DNA from: the human T2T-CHM13v2.0 reference genome, Homo sapiens
NCBI RefSeq assembly: GCF_009914755.1
Contig: NC_060933.1
DNA length: 64,000 nucleotides
Reading direction: 5' to 3' (one strand)
Position 1 is the stretch's first letter. Every line of letters begins with the position of its first letter. Below are positions 11,552 through 27,406 of this stretch, piece by piece. The position numbers and the translations under genes are program-made. Under the pieces are notes generated by a model. The model was not told the origin of the DNA, made no database searches, and saw only the letters and a program-made list of their open reading frames with translations.

Positions 11552-14500
11552 ACTTTGTGGAATTTTAACTTGCCCTATTCCACTCCCTCTTCCCAGAGCC
11601 ACACACACCTTGAAAACTAATAGTCTCACACTTACGGCAGCCATGAAAACCAGCAGCCACCATAGGAGAATGAATGTCTTTGTGGCATCCCCAAAGCCCT
11701 ATTCCCAGAAACTTGTCATTATCTGATATGTCCAGCAGTTCTCTGGTGTTTTAATAATGGGGAAAACCCCCATTCACACGGCTTGTCTTTATTTGACCTA
11801 ACTTAGGACCTCATTCATTGTAGAGAGCTTTTTCCTGCAGGGTGTTTAAGGAAAAAAATCAGTGATGATTGTTTAGCATCAAAGCTGCCTGAGTTGGGGC
11901 AAATAAGAAGCTGACCAAAAAACATAAAAACAGAAACTGGGGAATGAGATGTCCATAGAGGGCTATGAAAAGCTCTGACATATTCCTAGAAATCTAGAAG
12001 GCCATGTGCATGTGAGGGCTGTATGCAAGCTCAGGGAAGACTTGAGAAGGCCCTAGCTCTCACCTCTGGCTGACCTTAAGGCTCTGCACAAGGAGGAAGT
12101 GAAGGCTAAGGCCGAGTTGCCAATTGCCTGTCAGTGTATTGAAGGCATGCCCCAACATAGAGAGCCCTTCAGCAAGAGCTGGAGATTTACTGGTTCAAGG
12201 CATTTAAGGAAATCTGAGTCCAGTCAAGAGCTGAACACTAAAATAACCAAGCAGAGACTTCAGGAACCACACACAACAAAACACACAGAATTAGTTCAGG
12301 AAAGTCCATACACAAATAGCAACAATAACAAACAACTGTGAACCTAGGATGGGACAGAGGATCATCTGATTTCTAGAGTTGCCATGTTATATTATTTAAA
12401 ATGTTCATTACTCAATAAAACATTGTAAGAAATCTAAAGAAATAAAGTATGACTCATACAAGGAACTGAAACATTCAATGGAAACTGTTCCTGAGAAAGC
12501 TCAGATGTTAAATGTATTAGAAAATATTTTAAATCAGCTATTTTAAATATATTCAAAGAACTAATGAAAAGTATGAGAATGATGCCTCACCAACTTGGAA
12601 TATCAATAAAGACAAAACATTTTAAAGAGGACCAAAGAATAATTCTAAAATTGAAATGACAATAACTGTAATGCAAAACCCACTAGATGGTCTCAAAAGC
12701 AGATTTGAGATGGCAGAGGAAAGAAGGAGTAAACCCAAAGGCTTATCAATAGAAATTACTAAATCTGAAGAGTAGAGAGAAATAAGATTAAAGGAAAATA
12801 ATCAAAGGTCTTGTTCAAAGGTCAAGAGACCTATGGGATGCCATCAAGTATACCAACATATGCATAATGGGAGTTCCAGAGAGAAAGGAAAGAGAGAAAG
12901 GGGTAGAAAAAGTATTTGAGAAGATAATGGCCAAAAGGTTCCCAAATGTGACAAAGACATGAGTCTACACAACCAAGAGCCCAACAAAACAGAGTCAACT
13001 CAAAGAGATCCGCACTGAGACATATTATGCTCAAATTGTCAAAAGACAAAGACAAAAAGAGAATCTTGAAAGCATCAAGAGAGGTGACCCATCATGCACA
13101 AGAGATTCACAATAAAATTAAGATAGCTTTTCATCAGAAACCATGCAGGCCAAAAGGCAGTGGGATGACATATTGAAAGTGCTGAAGGAAAAAGGCTTCA
13201 ATCAAGAACCCTATGACTAACAAAATCATCCTTCAAAAATGAAAGAAAAATTGAGACATTCCAAGATAAATAAAAATTGAGAATTTGTCCCTAGCGGACC
13301 TGCCCAACAGGAAATACTAAAGGGAGTGCTTCAGATTGAAATGAAAAGATACTAGAAAGTTACTCAAATCCACAGTTTTTAAAAAAAAGAGTGTTGGTAA
13401 AGGTAACTATGTATATAAGAGACAGTGTAAGTATATTTTTCATTTGTAACTTTCATTTCATTTGTAACTTCTTTTTCTCCAATTAAAAGACAACTTCATA
13501 AAGCAATAATTATAAACTGTTCTGATGAACTTACAGTGCATAAAGATTTAATGTGTATGACAATAAAAGCACAGAGGATGGGGGAAGATACAATGCTACA
13601 TAGGAGCAAAGAATTTGTATACTGTTGAAATTAAGTTGGTATTACTCCATAAGATTGTGTAAGTCAAGATGGTAATTGTAATTTCCAGAAAAGCTATTAA
13701 CAAGTCAAAAACATATAGCAAAAGAAATGACAAAGGAATTAAAATGGTAGTTGAGTACACAGGAAAATATCCATTAAGCACAAAGAAGGTAGTAATGGAG
13801 AAAGAAACAAAAAGGCATGGCATGTAGAAAACAAATAGCAAAATGCCAGATATAAACCCTACCTCATCAATAATTATATTAAATGTAAATGGTTAAACAC
13901 TATAATTAAAAGGCAGAATGAGCCTTTACATTTAAAAACATGACTTGACATTATGCTGTCTACAGGAGATCACTTTAGATTCCAAGACTCAAATAGGCTG
14001 AAAGTAAAAACGGGGTAAAATATACTATGCAAAAAGTGACCAAAAGAGAGCTGAAGTGTCTATACTAATATTAGACAAAATAGACTTAAGGATAAAATGG
14101 TTAAAATGGATAAAATGGTTACTAGAGAAAAAGCATATTTTATCATGATAAAAGGGTTAATCCATCAAGAAGACATAATTATAATCATATATGCATCTAA
14201 CAGCAAAGCCCCAAAATACATGAAGTAAATACTAATAGAATTACAGGAATAATAATAAACTATTATGGTTGAATAATAAACAAGTCAACAATAATATGCC
14301 TACTTCAGTATCTCACTTTAAAAAATGGATAGAACAACTAGACAAAAGATCAACAAGGAATAAAAGAATGAAACAACAAAACCAAGAAGACCTAACAGAC
14401 ATCTATTGAACACTCCAACAATAGCAGAATATGCATTCTTCCCAAGTGCACATGGAACCTTCTCCAGGATAGACCATATGGTATGCCATAAAACAAGTCT

Positions 14501-14704
14501 CAATAAAATGAAAAAGACTGAAGTTTATACAAAGTATGTTTGCCAACTATAATGGAATGAAATTTGAAATCAGTAAAAAAAGGAAATTTGGAAATTCACC
14601 AGTATGTGGATTAAAGAACACAATCCTAAAAAAAGGGGAGTCAAAGAAAAAATATCACAAGAGAAATTTAAAAATACTTTGAGATGAATGAAAACAAAAC
14701 CACG

Positions 14705-15211
14705 TGTCAGAAGTTCAGTAAATCACTAGTTAGACTTAAAGGACTCAGTCATACTCATAGCTATTATTTATTATAGCAAAAGGATACAAAGTAAAAACAG
14801 CAAAGGGAAAAAATGCAGGGTAGAGATGGGGGAGACCAGTTGCAAGCTTCCACGGGTCCTCTCCTAGTGGAGTCCCTAGGATGTATTTAATTCCCCAGCA
14901 ACAAATTATTAATGTAACAACACATGAAATGTTGTGAAATGTTGCCAACATCTCATTAGAGACTGAAAGCCCAGAGTTTTTGCTGGGGGCTAGCCATGTA
15001 GGCATATTCCACCTGGCAAATACCCAAATTCCATCTTCCTAAAAAGAAAGCATGTGTTTAGTATAAACCATATGGTTTGTACAGTTTAGATATAACTCTT
15101 ATAAGGTCTGGGAATGCTGATAAGCTCCCAAAAGCCAGCCAAGGACCAGCCCTGCAATCAATCCTTCCCAGTGATAGCCATTCAGGTCTGCTATGTTAAC
15201 TCTTTTCTACA
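14705..15211 (-). mobile_element. MER21-like LTR inserted in the old L1 ORF2
   Basis: Ends ...CTGCTATGTTAACTCTTTTCT (reverse of the MER21 start). L1 ORF2 resumes immediately after it. Confidence 0.7.
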
Positions 15212-15726
15212 AACAACATACCAAAACTTACAGGATGCTGCTAAAGCAGTGCTTAGAGGGAAATGCATAGCTGCAAATGTCTATATTAAAAGGAATAAAG
15301 ATCTCAAATCAATAACTTAATGTCCTATGTTAAGAAATTAGAAAAATAAAAGCAAACTAAACCTAAAGCAAGCAGAAGGAAGGATATAATAAAGTTTAGA
15401 ATGGAAATAAATGAATTATGGAATAAGAAAAACCATCAAGAAAAATCAATGACATGAAAAGTTGGTTTTTTGAAAAGATCAGTAAAACTGATAAACCTAG
15501 CTAGACTGACCAAGAAACAAAGATAGAAATATTAAAACCAGGAATGAAAAGTTGGGAGTGGGAGTGGGGGGGATTATTATTGACTTTATAGAAATAAAAA
15601 AGAATTATAACGGAATACTACAAACAAGTATATGTGAACAAATTAGATAACCTAGATCAAATAGAAAAATTCTTAAAAAGGTACAAACTAGTGAAAGTTC
15701 TTCAAAAAGAAATAAAAAATAAGTAG

Positions 15727-16122
<396 letters not shown>

Positions 16123-16955
16123 TCTATCAACTGTTTACATTAGAATTAGCACCAATCCTACACAAACGCTTCTAAAAATAGAGAAGGAAATGCTTCCTAA
16201 ATCATTCTATGAAATCAGTATTACCCAGAGACCCAAACCAGTGAAAGACATCACAAGGGAACTGCAGACTAATATTTTTATGAAGACAGACCCCAAAATT
16301 CTGAACCAAATGCCAGCAAGCCACATCCAGCAACATAAAAAAAAGAGTATACACCATGACCAAGAGATTTATCCAAGAAATGCAAGTTGGTGCAATATCT
16401 GAAAGTTAATCAGTGTGGTAACAATTATCAATAGAAGACAAATCCACCACAACATGCTCCTTTCAATAGATGCAGAAAAGGCATTTTTACAAAATCCAAC
16501 ACCCATAACACCCATTCTTGATTTAAAAAAAAAAACAAACACTCAAGAAAGTACAAATAGAAAGGAATTTTCTCAACCTGATGAAGGGCCTCCATAAAAA
16601 AAAAATCCACTGTTCACATTATAAGTAATAGTCAGGAATAAGGTCAGGGATAAGACAAGATGTCTGCTCTTGCCATTTCTATTCAACATTACACTGGAGG
16701 TTTTAGCCAGGGAAATAACACAAGAAAAAAATATAAAGGCGTCCAGATTGGAAAGGAACAAGTAAAACTATCTCTTTGCAAATGACAGGATCCTATAGAA
16801 ACTCCTAAGGAAACCACTAAAAGAAGATTAGAACTAAAAAATCAGTTCAGAGTAAATAACTGTGCTTCTGCCAGACATCAAGATATAAAAATCTGTTGTA
16901 ATTCTATGAACTAGCAATGAACAATCCAAAAATAAAATCAAGAAAACAATCCCAT

Positions 16956-17816
<861 letters not shown>

Positions 17817-20800
17817 CTAGATGCGTTTTTCGGGGTAGAAATCAACAAGCTAATCCTATAATTCATATGAAAACACAAGGGAACCAGAATAGCCAAAATA
17901 CTCTTGAAAAAGTTGACAGACTCTCACTTTCTAACTTCAAAACTTACTACAAAGCTCTAGTAATCAAGATAGTGTGGTACTGGCATAGGACAGACAGAAG
18001 ATCAATGGGGTAAAATTGAGAGTTTGGAAATAAACTCTTACATTTATAGTTAACTTTTTTTTTTTGACAAGGGTACCAAGACAATAAATGGGGGAAAACA
18101 GTCTTTTCAACAAATGGTGCTGGAATAGCTGGATATCAATGTGCAAAAGAGTGAAGCTGGATGCTTACCTCACACCATATATAAAAAATTTATCAAAAAC
18201 ATAAATATAAAAGTTAAAACTATAAAACTCTTTGATGAAAACTTTTTATCACCTTGGATCAGGCAGTGGTTTCTTAGATACGACACCAAAAGTACAAGCA
18301 ATAAAGGAAACAATAAACTGGACTCCACCAGAATAAAAACTTTTATGCTTCCAAGCATACCAACAAGAACATGGAGAAACAACCTACAGAACAGAAAAGA
18401 TTTGCAAATCATATATCTGTTAAGGGGCTTGTATACAGTATACATAAAGAACATTCACAACTCAATTTTTGTCTGTTTTGCTCAGTTAGAAATGGGCAAA
18501 ACAGATATATCTCTAAAGACTATATAAATGGCCAACAATTATATGAACATCTGTTCAACATCATTAGGGAATTGCAAATCAAAATCACAATTACAATAAG
18601 ATACCAGTTCACACTCACTAGATTGGCTATAATCAAAAAGATCAATAACAAATATTGATGAAGATGTGGAAAAATTAGAACCCTATTCATTGCTGGTGGG
18701 ATTACAAAATGGTACAGCTTGTTGGTTTTGTAGTTTTTCAAAAAGTTAAACATAAAGTTGTCATATGATCCAGTAATTCCATCTGTAGGTATGCCCAAGA
18801 GAAATAACATGTACCCACACAAATACTTGTACACACATGTTCATAACAGCATTATTTGTAACAGCCAAAGTGGAAACAATACAAGTATTCATCAATTGAT
18901 GAGTAGATAACAAAATATGACATATACATACAATGAAGTATTTTCAGTGATAAAAAGGAAAGAAGTACTGAGACACACTACACTGTGGACAAATCTTGAA
19001 AATTTTTATGCTAAATGAAAAAAAAACAGATACAAAAGTCTACATATTATATAATTCCATTCATATGAATGTCTCAAATAGGCAAATCCATAGAGACAGA
19101 AAGTAGATTAGTGGTTGCCAGGGGCTTGGGGGTGGAGGGAATGGGCAAGGGAGTGACTACTCATGAGTACTAGGCTTGTTGGGAGGCAATGAAAATATTC
19201 TGAATTAGCTAGTGGTCATGGCTGTACAACTCTGAATATACTAAAAAACCACTGAATTGTACAATTTAAAGAGTGGCTTTTATGGTATGTGAATTATATC
19301 TAGAAAAATAAAATCGCCAAGTTCTATTTTTCCTCAACATTGATTCTAGAGTTCCAAACCCAGAATCCTGATGAGAGGTTATGGAATGGAGTCCAAGAAT
19401 ACAATACCTCTTACAGGTACCAGCAGTTTTGGGAATCCCTGCCCTTGGGTGGGTCTGAGGAATAGACAAGATGAGGTCCCGCTCACAGACATGGCCCCCA
19501 CTCCACCTCTGCTGCAGGTGACAGAGCACAAAGGTAGGGCTGGACCAGGGCCGAGATTCGGCTCTTTTCTCTGGTACCATAGCCCCTACGCTGCTCATCA
19601 CGTTTACATTTGAAGACTAGTTTATCCCCGGGGGAAACTCAAAACAATTTTAAATGTTAGGTATGTCAAGTTTTTCAGGACAGTCAACATATATCTTCCT
19701 ATCTACACATGCAAGCATTTTTAATACGCATGAAGCACATGTGGGCGTACATAAGCTGCAAGTCTAGGGAAGCAAAGCAAGCACCGAGGGCTTGGAGTTT
19801 TGAGGTTACCGAGCCATTCTGAGCCTGGACTAATGAGATCACACCACAACTGAACTCAGAAGTACCAGGGCCATGGATAGTCTAGGATAAACACTCTCTC
19901 TGAGTCCTCTCAGAAGAGTGGTTTAGCAATCTCGACTCATACCATGCCTTCCCACAAAGACCAGAGGAAAAGAAAGGAGCTTTTCAGTGTTATTTGCAAG
20001 CCAATACTGGTGTTAGGCAAGCATATAACAGAGCCACCGTAGGTATTAAGAACAAATACTCCAATCACATCTTCCAATAATTAGAGTTTCCTTCCACCAA
20101 GATGAATGTGAGCTGTCATTTCCTAGCTCTTATGGCGTGTGACACATTTCTTGTACTTACATTTTTAAATAACTCAAATTACAGTCACTCTTACACAAGT
20201 TCTAGGCGTCATAAAAAGCATGTTTCAGGAAAGTGTTAATAGACAACTCAAAAGAAATGTTACTCAATGCAGCCGAGGCTATTAGGAGCTCGAACTTCTC
20301 TCTCTTGCCAAACAGTTCTTCACTTTCTGTAAACTGCACAAAGGTTTCATTCAACACAGTTTGAAGGCTGAAAGTGAAAGTGACTCAGACTATTTTTGGA
20401 AAGGTCAAGAAAGTGCACCTGCCAATTTTCAAATTTCTCTGAAACCTTTTCCTGCAAACATCACCACTAAAGCTACGTAGTCCCTGAGCTGCAACTTGAT
20501 GATGTGGTGATTTTACTATTTCTCTTGGGAGGTTCAGGTACACACTGTGCCGTGGGTTCATGGGAGACTTTGTTCAGACAGCATTTTACACGACAGTCTG
20601 TTTAAATGCTTTAGGGGACCAAAACATCTAAAGGTACCTTGGCAGCAAGATGGGGGAATGAACTGAAGCCTAGGAAGGAAGCCTGGCCTGCCCTTGGCCT
20701 GACCACAGCCACCGCAGGGCTAGAGTCCTCCAGTATCTCCTGAGGTGGGGAGCAGGTGGGCCGCTCCATGAAAACCAACTAGATGATGGGAAAATGGACA

Positions 20801-21869
20801 GCTTTGCTCAGGGCAATCTTCCCACCCTGGCCCCCAAAATTGGTACTATAAACATGGCACTCAAACATGAGAATGATTTCTTAAAATGTTAGAGGAACTA
20901 AAACTCCTTAAATTGTAGATTACCTCAAGGGCCAATATAGTTAACCAGACACACCTTAGGCAGATACCTGTTTTCTCTGTCTCTCAAGGCCCAACTCACT
21001 AGTGACCAGTATTTGTAAGGAGACCCATCTTTCTCATCTGCTAAATCCATGCCAGTGTTAGAGGCCTGCACCAGTCAGAGTCTGCGCCAGTGCTGGAGGC
21101 CTGCAGTCTGCTTTCACTTCACAAAAACCGTCTAAGTTGGAAGAACTGTCCTCTGGTGCCTCTTAACTTCCCGCAGCAATGGCCCTGCCCATGCCTGCCC
21201 ACTTTCTGCTCTAACACTCCAGAGGCAGTGGGCAGCTTTTGGACCTAGGAGGGTGTAAGTAACTTCCCTGCATAGACTTTAGTCAACATCTCTTGTCTCT
21301 GGACAAGCGCAGAGCAACAAGCAGAAGTGGGGAGGTGGGGAGGAGCCCTGCATGGTTTCCCCTCGCCCTGGAAGCCTCTGAAGACCTGTTTCATATTGCA
21401 GTTCTACTGGAGGCAGCTACCATGTTTCCCTAGACTTCTCTTTTCCTGAGTGAAGAGCCCAGGTTCTTGTACATGCCTCCAAACCAGCCATGGTTGCGAG
21501 ACCCACCTTCCCGTCTTCTGAAATATGAAACAAATAAAACACGACCACCACATAAAGCACTTTTATACAGATCACATCCAATGTGACTGGGTCTTCAAAA
21601 CCATCCTGAACTACTGGATTCTTCTACAAATGAAGAAATGGGCTCAGGGACATGAGGCACTTTGTCCACGGTCTCATCGCTGACTTCGGTGGAGCTGAAA
21701 CTTGGCCAAAGAGCTCCTGTGTGCTTTACAGAAAACTACAGAGTGAATCTATGACCACCTGAAATTGCAATGCTGAGTACTGAATACAACAATCCAGATG
21801 AGTCTGACCAGGGCCAAATAGAGCAACACACCTGTCACCCTTCCCAAAAGCTGTCTGGGACACTCTTGA

Positions 21870-22177
<308 letters not shown>

Positions 22178-25100
22178 CATCTTGCCCCCTTTTTGACAAG
22201 CATTGCTATCAAACCATGAGTCTTCACACTTATACTCCAGTTGCTGGTTTTAGGGGGAACTGAGTTGTGAGGACATACACCAATCACTACTAGCATCTTG
22301 ACAGATCCAAGCATCATTCACATCTACCAAGACTGGCTCCGTGCCCTTGATGGTATAGCCGTTAAACATTGGAACCCAGAACACAGAATGCCCAGCATGA
22401 ATCCTGCTGCCTCAGTTTCTTAAACTATAAATCAGCAAACCCATTTCATAAGATTTTGGTATTAGGTGTGAAAACGCACAGTGTCTGATAGAGGAGGCGC
22501 TGAGTGGGCATTAGCTCTAATTGTTACATTACTTGCCTGTGTCATCAGATCTGCTGATAAGCACACTTTTGGTATCTTTCCAAGTAATGAGAAAATTGTT
22601 GACCAAATCAGAGCAAAGGACACTACTCCCTCTTGGTTGACGAAAACACACGTATCAGCAGCCTTCTGTTATGCTGTTTGGCTGTTTTCAAGCTCAACAG
22701 TGACAAAAGGGCCAGTAGCCCTGGGTGTAATTCCTGACTCCAGCATGTACATGCCGTGGGGCTGTGGGTAAGTGATCCCTCTATGGTTTTCTCTTCCTCT
22801 GTGCCACAGAATAACCAAAGTGCCTATCCTTTCGGGGATGTAGTGTCTGTAAAGCATCTGGTAGGTATGAATGGCTTCATAAATGTTACTCAGTATTACC
22901 ATAATACCCAGCTCTTATTCACTCATCTTATTTAGAGGGTATTTTCAGTGATCTTGTCAAAATGTTTCCTTAAATCAAAACACCACACAGTACTGTTTCT
23001 ATATTAGGCCTTTAAAAAGGACCTTACATGTTGGTTCCTAGGAGCTCACTTTGGGGCCCCTGAGGGAACTGCCAGCTCCCGGAAAAGGGGCCATCTCATG
23101 TCTTGCCACACAGGCGCGTCTCCTGGGCTGCTCCTGAGCCACATGGGTGCATGTCTTGGTCTGTCCTTGACATCCTTTATTTTCCCCACCAGGTCCCCAG
23201 ATCTCTCATGCTGCCCTGAGAATTATTTTGGGTTGCTTATTAGGTGCTAACCCTCTAAGGGGTAGCTGAATTTCTGGAGGTCCCAAAGAAGACTGTGAAA
23301 ATCCAAAGGCAAGCATTTGAAACAGTGATATTTTTGGAGCCTGAGACACAAATACAATTGAACAGAGGATTCAGCCACCTTCCACCTCCCAAAATACCCC
23401 AAATCACAATCTGTATCCTGCTTCATTTATGCAGAAAAGTACCTCTTATGTTGTGTTACCAGAATATTAGCAACTAACTTTAAAATGTTTTATTTTTTGT
23501 GAAACATGTATAGTTATTAATATACTATGAGAAAATAACTTCTATTGCTATTCTGATAAAGTTCAATACGTACTGATGTAAGTATTAGTTAATATTTTAC
23601 TAGATCGGTAGACAAATAATGGCATGATTAACTATTTCTGAATGTGTGTGCCAGGATCCTTGGAGCCCGAATAAGAGCAAATGTAGGGCATATCACCAGA
23701 GGTAGAAGTTCAGGTCAAGTGAGGAAAAGGGCCGATGGCGGGCCAGCAACACACCCATGTGCAGGTACACACTTTTTCTAAGTGCTGATCCATGAATCGA
23801 CACTCCACTACTTTGGCCTATTCACACTTAGAAAAGTGCTATCAGAAAAGTAACACTTTGTGACAAGCCAATTTTTGATTGCTAGAAAAACAACAAAAAA
23901 AATGATTAACAGGAAAACCAGATCCATCATTATTAAGAACAAAGCAAACGTGAAATGATCCTTTACATTACAGAAATCAGTCTCAGAAAATCTGACTCTT
24001 ATTTTGGCCATTACTAGAACTTTTCTCTTGCCTCAGAACTTCAGAAACTTGGAGACCTCTTTTCCTTTCCTTTCATAGACAAGTTAGAAATTAACCAGCA
24101 CTAAATTACTTCAAAACCAGTAGGCCTCATGCTCTGAGATAACGGAAAATTTTTTCTTTATTTTGCTTTCATCTTCTGAATTCTATCTGTGCTTGATCAC
24201 TCATCCTCCTTGAGAGCCTTCTCTAACCTAGTCTGAACACATGGATACGTCTACTGCATTTCCAACTCTGTGCACCAACAGGCGGTGTGCTGGAGAAAAG
24301 AGGAGCAGCCCATGCAGGGGACCCTCCCTAGGTAGCACGGCCCTATCCAGAGCCCTGTGAGCTTGACTTGGGGGAGGATCAGGACTGCTTAGCAGCAAGA
24401 CCGATACTGAAAGTAAAATCAAGAGAAAGGCAAACATTTATTCAGAGAATTGGACAGGCACTTTTCTCTGCCATAATACATGAAGTCTGCAATACCTTAA
24501 GTCACTACAGGACTTTACTTTCAGATACATTCCAGTGACTTCATCAGAACTTGTTAGGAAATTAAATGGTGCTCGATCAGTGACAGTAGACTAGAGTATG
24601 AATCCAAGAGAAACGACTCACACAGCACACTCTTAATATTTTTCCCTAACGACATAATTATTTCCTGCTCAGTTCAAGAGAAAGTGGTATTTAGCATGTC
24701 ATGGATAGGACAAACTGGCCCTGCAACCTTTAAAAGGCTATGAAAACCACCACCAGCATTTTAGGTGCAAATTATCACGCACAAAACGAATAGCCCAGCA
24801 AGTTTAGTATGCATGCCACCCGATACGACCACCACAGAGAGTGCCAAATGTGAATTTTAGTAAGCCCTCTTTATAGTATGATGATCAGCTGAGCAATCAT
24901 CATAAATCCGCAGAGCCTCAGCACCAAAGGTCATAAAGAAAATAGCGCTCACCTTAGTGTCCAAACATGAGTGAAGACACCGCCTACCTTTGTCAGGACA
25001 GACATCAGCAGCCAGCCAGTCCACATTTGCCTCTTATAAGAATTTTAGAATTGAGGTTGAGTTCAAATTCCTAAGTTAAAAAATGTAAGTTTCAGAATTA

Positions 25101-25964
25101 AAAAAATGAAGCCTACATGCCTTCAAATAGCAATGAAGTCGCCACAATGAGGATGTAAATCCACAGTAAAATGGGTGTTTATCTGATACATGGAAATGTG
25201 AAAGGAGGACACCTTAGGGACACAGCTGGGCTGTACCACAGTGAAGCTTGCTGCAGGGGCACTCCCGGGGACGTTGTCTCTGGCATGACCAGACTCAGAC
25301 CTGACACAAACTAGGAAGGCAGGGTGGTTTGATAAAATGAATGTAAAGTAGAGCTATCTCAAATTACTTAAAGGCATCAGAATGTTCTCCTTTTTTCCAC
25401 AGCGAATTCTCCAGTTCCCAATGTCCCACACAACTCCCACCAGTGCCTACTCCCCAGGTGTGGCTACTCAGGCATGCAACCTGGAGGCCGTTTACAGCTT
25501 CTTGACCTGGCCTGGGTAGGAAGGCAGGTGTTTGTTAGGACAAAGGGTTGTTAAGTTCACCTCTTTCCCTTACAGAAATTGGAGGCAAATAGCAGAGGGT
25601 AGGGAAGCAGAGAACAGTCTCCACTTTAATCCATGACCCCAAGCCATTTCCATGCTCCAATCCTGGCTGCCCCATTTTCTTTCCTCCTTTGTGTGCAAAC
25701 ATCGCCTTTCCTAGGCCAGTCGGCGACCACACCACTTGCTGGGAGGAGGTCCCAGCAAGTCCCACTGCACTAGGTCTCCTGTCCGCTTTGGTTCTTTGGC
25801 TTCAGTCTTTGGATTCATTCTTCACCTTCAATACTGTATTACAGGACTGACCATGTAAAGAGGTTGCCTGATAGAAGCAGCAATGAAAGGGTTGTTTCTT
25901 CTAAAGTCCAGCATGCAATGATTTAGTCAATTCAAAAAGAATGGGGTAAGAGAAAAATTCCCAT

Positions 25965-26490
25965 GTTTTCTTTTCACTAATTTTATTTATATTAGGTAGT
26001 TTTCACTCAGAATATCAATTCATTTTTCAGGTTTAGATATATGTATATGTAGCTGTTCGTATGCATTAATCACTTAGAAACTTTATTTGGTATAACTTCA
26101 CATTTTTGGTATATAGAAATTTTATTTTCTTAATGCAGCACAGTAGACATACAATCAATATTATTCCCTAGAATGTGCAATATATAAATTATTCACATTA
26201 AAAAATTAACAGAAAGCCTCATATGCAGTAAATATTTAAAAATGTATATCTAACTTTGATTCTGTTTCTGACTATACACTACTAGCTTTATAAATCTGAA
26301 TGAATATGACATTTACACATTTGAATGAAGTACACGGATGGGTCCATTCCAGATGCTTATTACACCGTATGAATAATCTGCTCTTCACTTTGGTCATTAA
26401 GGTTCCATGTGCTGAGGCATATAGTGGATCCGAAAGACACTTCCAGGAAGTACATTTATTACATTGGCATCTTAAGAATTTCTGTTCCTT
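25965..26490 (-). other. AUH: AUH 3' UTR (AU-rich; end position approximate)
   Basis: Follows the stop codon. Distal AATAAA at 25987-25982 is followed by a U-rich downstream element (GGGAATTTTTCTCTT...TTCTTTTTG). Confidence 0.8.
25982..25987 (-). terminator. Probable main AUH polyadenylation signal AATAAA
   Basis: tttatt on plus strand, with a downstream U-rich tract on the minus strand. Confidence 0.7.
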
Positions 26491-26568
26491 TTATTCTCCT
26501 TTATAGCGAGGGGGCCTTTTCTCTTTAAAAGCAAGAAGACCTTCAAGTCTGTCTTTTGTTGGAATGGT
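26491..26568 (-). CDS. AUH: AUH terminal coding exon (probably exon 10): TIPTKDRLEGLLAFKEKRPPRYKGE*
   Basis: TTTTTCTTAG|ACC acceptor. Crotonase C-terminal motif D..EG..AF.EKR.P.Y.G. TAA stop at 26493-26491. Confidence 0.97.
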   Translation of the reverse strand, partial: TIPTKDRLEGLLAFKEKRPPRYKGE

Positions 26569-26759
26569 CTAAGAAAAACAAAATATTAAATATGTCAAAA
26601 ATGTTAAAACAACTGTAAAAGTTTATCAAGCACTATCTAAGAAAACTACTTAGAACCACATTCTAAAATTTTGAAATCAGTCACCTGAACAATTCTCCTA
26701 ATTATGTAACCAAACTCATCCTTCTTACTCCAAGTGGTCCTCTACCCCATTTTGCTCTT

Positions 26760-27110
26760 CTTTTTCTAGTTTCCTAATAAGGTGGAAGGTTATTATCGAT
26801 TTAGATATTTTCTCTTTTCTATTATATACATCCAATGCTATTTCTATCTAAGCACTGCTTTCAGTATATCCCACAAACTTTGAGAAGTTGTATTTTCATT
26901 TTAATTCAAAATACTTTATAATTCCTCAAGACATCTCTGACATATAACATTATTTAGAAGGATGTTGTTTAATCACCCAATATTTTGGGTTTTTCCAGCA
27001 GTCTTTCTTTTATTGATTTCTAGTTTAATTCCATTGTGGTCTGAAGAATACCTTGAATAATTTCTGGTGTTTACATTTAGTAAGTTGTAATTTATGGCCA
27101 AATGTGCTTT
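26760..27110 (-). mobile_element. Old L1 ORF2 (endonuclease region) fragment
   Basis: Translates to ...SDHNGIKLEINK... (ORF 26973-27170). Confidence 0.75.
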
Positions 27111-27406
27111 TAAAATTTTTCTTTGGGCTCTGAGGCTATTTCTAAGACGTTTGTAATTCACTTTCCTCATGGCACGTACTCATCAATGACAGGTGGTGAT
27201 TTATATATACAAGCTGGGCACAGAGTCACACTCTAGATACTGCTCCTTTAAACGAGTGCTCATGCAGTTTCCAACTCCCAGGAAAGGTAGAACAAAACTT
27301 TTTTGCTATTTCAGATGCCCTAAAACAAAGTTCTATCTTTCAGAGAAAGACAAAAAAGGGAAAACATTTTTTTTTTCCTCTCCAGGAAGACCTAATAATT
27401 TGTATG

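Noticed and set aside
24877-24904. TATGATGAT-N10-ATCATCATA hairpin with C-box-like ATGATGA
   Set aside because: There is no D box at a snoRNA-like distance, and a 9-bp AT-rich stem is too weak to call a snoRNA or pre-miRNA.
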